The notes beneath the pieces were generated by a model that did no database searches, was not told the DNA's origin, and saw nothing but the letters and a program-made list of their open reading frames with translations. A DNA stretch of 63,494 bases, counting the filler, from Folioceros fuciformis (taxonomy: Eukaryota), in the NCBI GenBank assembly GCA_049999805.1. It is 9 parts of 8 records of this genome, joined end to end, with 100 filler letters (N's around TTAATTAATTAA, not from the genome) between each part and the next. Parts side by side here need not be neighbours in the genome. Positions count along the whole stretch, not along the records: positions 56,329 to 63,494 come from JBNGIO010005567.1; 8 more parts are not named here. One strand, 5' to 3'. Shown here piece after piece: positions 59,501-63,494 of this stretch (position 1 is the stretch's first letter; each line of letters opens with the position of its first letter). A program made the translations under genes and the position numbers.

Positions 59501-62500
59501 CGGTAGTGCTGGAGGTAGCACTTCCAGCAGTACAGGAGCCTACAAGGGAGTAGGGCATACTGTCAGGATGGTGGATTTGGGTCAAGAGGTGACTTGTTTC
59601 CATACTGAAGTGGTGGAGAATGAAGATCCACAGGAGGATGAAGAGCAAAGGGAAGGAGCTGCCTTTTGGAAGGGGAAAGCCTATGACTATGATTTCCCAG
59701 AAGAAGGATCAGGAACAAGTGTAGGGAGTAGTCCCGAAGGAGTTTACGTGGATCCCGATGTTGTTGAGGACATGGAGTTGACCCCAGGGAAGAAGGTCAA
59801 GGTGTCCAAGTACCTCACACCCAAGGAGAAGGTAGGTTTGAAGGCGCTATTGACTGAATATTTGGATGTGTTTGCCTTCAAGGTGACGGACATGACAGGT
59901 GTTCCGGAGGAGCTGGGTGTTCATAGGATAGATCTCAAGGAGGGAAGCACACCGGTTCGGGTGAAGCAATACCGATTGAACCCAAAGTACTCCATGGTTG
60001 TGAAGGAGCAGTTGGATCAGTACTTGGAGGCTGGAGTCATCTATCCTGTCCTAACTAGTGAGTGGGTAGCTCCAATTGTGGTGGTGCCTAAGAAGCAAGC
60101 TGGCAAGGTGAGGGTTTGCCAGGACTTCAGGAAGCTCAATGAGGCGACCAAGAAAGACCATCATCCACTCCCTTTCATGGACAGTGTGCTGGACACAGTT
60201 GCTGGACATGAGATGTACAGTTTCCTAGATGGGTATTCAGGTTACAATCAGATCACACTGAGGGAGGAGGATCGCGACAAGACGACTTTCACAACTGATT
60301 GGGGGACGTACGCCTACACCAAGTTGCCTTTTGGGCTCTGCAATGCTCCGGCAACTTTTCAGCGGGTGGTGAATACCATTTTCAAGGAGTTCCTTCGGAA
60401 GTTCATGGAAGTGTTCTTGGATGACTTTTGTGTCTTTGGAAGGAGGTACCTACACTTGGAACAGCTAAGGAAGTGCTTGCAGAGGTGTAGGGAGACTAAC
60501 CTCAAGTTGCATCCGGGGAAGTGTTTCTTTTGCATGACGGAGGGTATCTTGTTAGCCCACAGAGTTTCACCCAGGGGGTTGCAAGTCGACATGGAAAAGG
60601 TGAAGATCATCTCGGAGATGGATGCACCTCAGAGCGTGAGACAGGTTAGAGCTTTCATTGGGTTGGTGGGTTACTACAGGAGATTCATCAAGGACTTCGC
60701 TAAGAAGGCGGCAGCTTTGACCCAGCTAACGAAAAAGGATGTGCTGTATGAGTGGACCCCGGAGAGGGAGGAGGCGTTTCAGGACTTGAAGAGGAGTTTG
60801 GTGGCAGCACCCACATTGAGCCCACCAAATTGGGAGAAGACCTTTCATGTGTATGTGGATGTGTCAGCCTATGCTATAGGGGCCATCCTCAGCCAACAAG
60901 ACGACAAGAAGAGGGATCACCCTATCTTCTATGCCGGAAGGCAACTCACGGATGCAGAGAGGAATTACTCCACAACGGAGAGAGAAGCTTTGGGCATCAT
61001 CTACGCTTGTAAGAAGTTCCGTCACTACCTTCTAGCTTGCAAGGTAGTATTTCATGTGGACCACTTTGCTTTGAAGTATCTTGTGAACAAGCCTGACCTA
61101 TCAGGGAGGATCGCTAGGTGGATTCTCTTGCTACAGGAGTTTGATTTTGAGGTGGAAACAAGAGCAGGGAAGAGCCATGTTAATGCTGACTTTGTTTCTA
61201 GACTCAAAACCAAAGGGAAGGTTAGAGAAACGGATGACAGGTTTCCTGATGAGGAGTTGATTGCTGCTGTACATACAGTAGAAGAGGGAGAATTCGATGA
61301 ACAGGTTACCGGTGAGGGAGGAGGAACCTCTACAAGGGTTGAGAGTAGCCAGAAGGTCAGCCAGGCTCGAAGGAAGAGGAACCGCCGTAGCGACAGGTTG
61401 GGAAGGCCTTGTGCTAGGCAATTGCTACCAGTTGAGGTGAGGAGATTTTTGGAGTTTGGAATCATGCCAGCTGGATTGAGCCGCGAGGGTAGGGCAGTGT
61501 TCTTGCACAAGACAGGCCCATATTGTTTGAAGCAAGGGGTCTTGTACAAACTAGGCCCAGATGGTAAGGTGAGGCGTTGTTTGGAAGTGAATGAAGGTGT
61601 TGTGGTGACCGAAGCTTTGCATGCGGAAGAGGCAGGAGGCCACTATTCAGTCCCCATTACCATCAAGAAGATCTTGGATACTGGGTTTTGGTGGGCTACC
61701 ATGCAGAGGGATGTGTGGGAGTTTGTAAGAAGGTGTGATGCTTGTCAAAGGGTAGGGAGACCCACATTGACAACCAGGTGGCCGTTGACCTACATTTTGC
61801 CGTTGGCTCCGTTCGAGAAGTGGGGGATCGACTTTGTAGGGCCGATTCGTCCACCTACTCGCTGGACAAGGAAGCAATACATCTTAGTGGCGACGGACTA
61901 CTGCACCAAGATGGTGGAGGCAGAGGCTACCCGACGGGACGATGCCCCAACAGTGGCCAAATTTCTGTTTGAGAACATCATCACACGCTATGGGTGTCCG
62001 TTGGAGTTGGTCAGCGACAGAGGTACACATTTCCTCAATGAAGTCATCACCGCCTTGACCACCTACTTCAACATTCGACATAGGAAGACCACTCCTTACA
62101 ATCCGAAGGCGAATGGGTTAACGGAGAAGACCAATGGTCTTTTGGGGACCATCTTGACCAAGGTGACTGTGACTCACATGTACGATTGGGATACCAAGTT
62201 GCATTCAGCACTTTGGGCTTACAGGACGGCAGAGAAGATCACCACGAAGAGGACTCCATACTACTTGACCTATGGTATGTCGCCTGTTCTTCCCATTGAG
62301 TTTGAGATTCCCACTCACCGTGTCATGGAGGAGGCTAGGCTACCGGTGAGGGAGAGCCAAGAAGCTAGGTTGGAAGCTTTCATCACCTACGAGGAGGACC
62401 GAGAAGAAGCCTTGGAGGAGACTCATAGGATACAAGAGCAAAGGAAAACCCGCCATGATGGTAGGTTGAGGAAGAAGGAGACCATCGTACAGGGCGATCT

Positions 62501-62681
62501 GGTGCTACTGTATGACAGTAGATACATGGATTTCCCAGGTAAGCTGAGGCTAAGGTGGATGGGTCCTTACAAGGTGGAGGAAGTGTTTGAGAATGGGTCT
62601 GTCCAGTTGAGGGTATTGGATGGTGATTTGTTGCCAACTAGGGTCAATGGTTGGCAAGTCAAGAAGTATTATCAACCCTGA
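56553..62681 (+). CDS. Gypsy gag-pol polyprotein (gag, three CCHC-type knuckles, protease, RT, RNase H, integrase)
   Basis: Uninterrupted 2042 aa; LDTGSGVN, FLDGYSGYNQ, FLDDF, YVDVSAYAIG, WGIDFVGP, VSDRGTHF, WMGPY; no chromodomain. Confidence 0.95.
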   Translation: MSGGRGDRRTGRERAVVTPSPRDLRATRRNLLRGESSLTPKASTLVQEELPWSSGEHESEGLIGGERDIQESSVVQSTPVGAVLPTSSISQEGGGVAARMAAPIHSRQQYVKFGDKRRGEDAESFLRTFEHVSRANMEDTTADRLRIFPGLLRGQAQQWYSRTYGVTPPVDWDSLKDDFLTRFRGLSHGHHTYARLRTLKRGRKEDLYDYIERFYSYVDRIPRGRPVVPGGPSTPGYTDAQALDWFAGGLPDRMATYCTRGVTTLQEALKAAEDFELSELSREKRKQNRKYGHHRRSRHHSPSSSSRSRSPSHSDPDYDSLVSDPYTDEESDKAYEKRMRKDLEKARKRREEDEDRRAEKDKRGKGSYRMERGEPSSSGGGLTSQVEALTRRLAELEVKAVRNQAPRRSPSPGRQLVYCSICHQSGHTHQECTRAPRHAVNQVDTYLPGDYWYVDDSYQVQAVTAPRPPQSIRPSFQPPGPPGMRYGPRPVSPGHWRPDPSQRPQVVAAGCCFNCGLPGHYANECTEPRRQLGFVPFCQVCKDPGHRAGDPRCSGIPRPALPRSGVRITEAPQEGLPPGVETTTPVTSAPVLSVEAEEEPLIDSQAFSGIVEEGYSGEASDGEEVMVARVTTRSERRYRERTKKEEKRRRRERDNTPKPSEAREEPLVQQGKNDVSTGQEVDPSHREEGELDEGEVEESAFPPDISKEVAAMLEEELTRLMHRSKKVTFADPLVTGVVESASPLEKEQEGEKVDRSEEDGGINPPKTTTAREALAMKVAGFADALLDQEFVVSLRQLLSVSPKARKIVKEAIRGIPEPLEGKRVPTWMSSVELADCGAPEIEVEIAGCLVPDVPLDTGSGVNLMTEDTAHRLGFTEFDPIRVYLRMADQTKRKPLGVLKDVPTVIGGIMFKLTYIVMRPVSDLGYKVLLGRPWLYGTACVFDFGRKGVTFRSKPTGPAEVSFVSWSKAPYGGETAGPSPGYTSGSAGGSTSSSTGAYKGVGHTVRMVDLGQEVTCFHTEVVENEDPQEDEEQREGAAFWKGKAYDYDFPEEGSGTSVGSSPEGVYVDPDVVEDMELTPGKKVKVSKYLTPKEKVGLKALLTEYLDVFAFKVTDMTGVPEELGVHRIDLKEGSTPVRVKQYRLNPKYSMVVKEQLDQYLEAGVIYPVLTSEWVAPIVVVPKKQAGKVRVCQDFRKLNEATKKDHHPLPFMDSVLDTVAGHEMYSFLDGYSGYNQITLREEDRDKTTFTTDWGTYAYTKLPFGLCNAPATFQRVVNTIFKEFLRKFMEVFLDDFCVFGRRYLHLEQLRKCLQRCRETNLKLHPGKCFFCMTEGILLAHRVSPRGLQVDMEKVKIISEMDAPQSVRQVRAFIGLVGYYRRFIKDFAKKAAALTQLTKKDVLYEWTPEREEAFQDLKRSLVAAPTLSPPNWEKTFHVYVDVSAYAIGAILSQQDDKKRDHPIFYAGRQLTDAERNYSTTEREALGIIYACKKFRHYLLACKVVFHVDHFALKYLVNKPDLSGRIARWILLLQEFDFEVETRAGKSHVNADFVSRLKTKGKVRETDDRFPDEELIAAVHTVEEGEFDEQVTGEGGGTSTRVESSQKVSQARRKRNRRSDRLGRPCARQLLPVEVRRFLEFGIMPAGLSREGRAVFLHKTGPYCLKQGVLYKLGPDGKVRRCLEVNEGVVVTEALHAEEAGGHYSVPITIKKILDTGFWWATMQRDVWEFVRRCDACQRVGRPTLTTRWPLTYILPLAPFEKWGIDFVGPIRPPTRWTRKQYILVATDYCTKMVEAEATRRDDAPTVAKFLFENIITRYGCPLELVSDRGTHFLNEVITALTTYFNIRHRKTTPYNPKANGLTEKTNGLLGTILTKVTVTHMYDWDTKLHSALWAYRTAEKITTKRTPYYLTYGMSPVLPIEFEIPTHRVMEEARLPVRESQEARLEAFITYEEDREEALEETHRIQEQRKTRHDGRLRKKETIVQGDLVLLYDSRYMDFPGKLRLRWMGPYKVEEVFENGSVQLRVLDGDLLPTRVNGWQVKKYYQP

Positions 62682-62688
62682 GAGGGTT

Positions 62689-62725
62689 AGTTGTTTGCGA
62701 GGACGCAAACAGCTGAGAAGGGGGG
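62689..62725 (+). promoter_or_regulatory. Stem-loop (TGTTTGCG-agga-CGCAAACA) plus polypurine tract
   Basis: Perfect 8-bp stem at 62692-62711 followed by gagaagggggg; the same motif precedes the PPT of the 46.5-kb copy. Confidence 0.75.
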
Positions 62726-63494
62726 CATGTGAACCTCCAAAGTTTGGGGTAGTAGTTTGTTTTGGTTGAAAAAGGGTTAATAGTGGTATGGTTTGGTTTT
62801 CTTTTTCAACTTATTTTCCCTAATTTTCCTTGATTTTCTGGTCATTTTTCCTATTTTTCTGTGTGTTAATTAGGTTAATTGACCAGGAAATAGTTGGTTT
62901 GGTTATAAGAGTGGGTATAGGTTTGGTCCCAGAGCTGGGAAGGTTTAGGTTTGGTACCAGGCCATAGGGTTGGGTGATTAGTTTAATATTAATTAAAGAT
63001 ATATAATTAGTAAATGATTAAATAATAATAAAATAAAATAAAATAATAAAAATAATATAATAATGGTTTGAACATAGGAAGGGGTATCTGGGTGTGTCAG
63101 TGTCAGGGGTCAAGGTCTGACGATAGGCTGGCTGATTGCTTGGCTGGCATGAACGGCTGTGGAGGCCATGCCCTAGCTAGAGCTAGAGGCAGGGGTTACA
63201 GCCGCTCCATCCCTTTTCCCCCTCCCTTCCTTTCTCCCTTTCTCCCTTCCTCCTCCATTCCCTTCTTGCCCCCTTCCTCTTCTTCCTCCCTTCCTTCTCA
63301 ATCTTCCCTCCCTGTTTCTTCTTTGGATCTAGATTGCAGGCAGGAGGAGGGATCGACGGGTGATGTAAGAGAGGAGGCTGAGGCGAGCTAGGAGGCTGAG
63401 GCGAGCTGCAGGATTCGGCTGATGCAGGGCCAGGCCTGCCTTCTTCTCCCTCCCCCCCCCGATTTCCTTTCCCATCCCTCTCCTGCCTTGTCCC

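Larger units (their letters stand above)
56329..63494 (+). mobile_element. Non-chromovirus (Athila/Phygy-like) Ty3/Gypsy element with intact gag-pol
   Basis: 5' LTR end ...CTCCACA at 56476; PBS 56481-56498; ORF 56553-62681; PPT ~62715-62725; 3' LTR begins TGTGAACC at 62728 and runs to the window end. Confidence 0.93.

Overview
This is a transposon-saturated eukaryotic window, most likely from a non-seed plant or streptophyte (inferred from the Copia/Gypsy types, tRNA-Met/Asp primer sites and an F-box gene). It is a scaffold with ten 100-bp gaps; eight of them contain an artificial TTAATTAATTAA six-frame-stop linker. Nearly all of it is nested LTR retrotransposons: about eight Ty1/Copia copies, several Ty3/Gypsy copies (one with an intact 2042-aa gag-pol), TSD-flanked solo LTRs (one 5.0 kb long) and a pogo-like DNA transposon end. 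The only recognisable host gene is a frameshifted, intronless F-box/kelch-like gene. The most striking feature is a decayed minus-strand Gypsy element (25570-35617). Upstream of its RT it carries the C-terminal part (motifs IX-X, DNMT3-like spacing) of a cytosine-5 DNA methyltransferase, and its integrase ends in a PHD finger, so it appears to encode both a DNA-methylation writer and a histone reader. A second Gypsy group appears to have giant LTRs, accessory ORFs that may lie inside the LTR, and clustered GGTAGY-N7-RCTACC palindromes. All calls are by eye from the sequence; no database searches were run.
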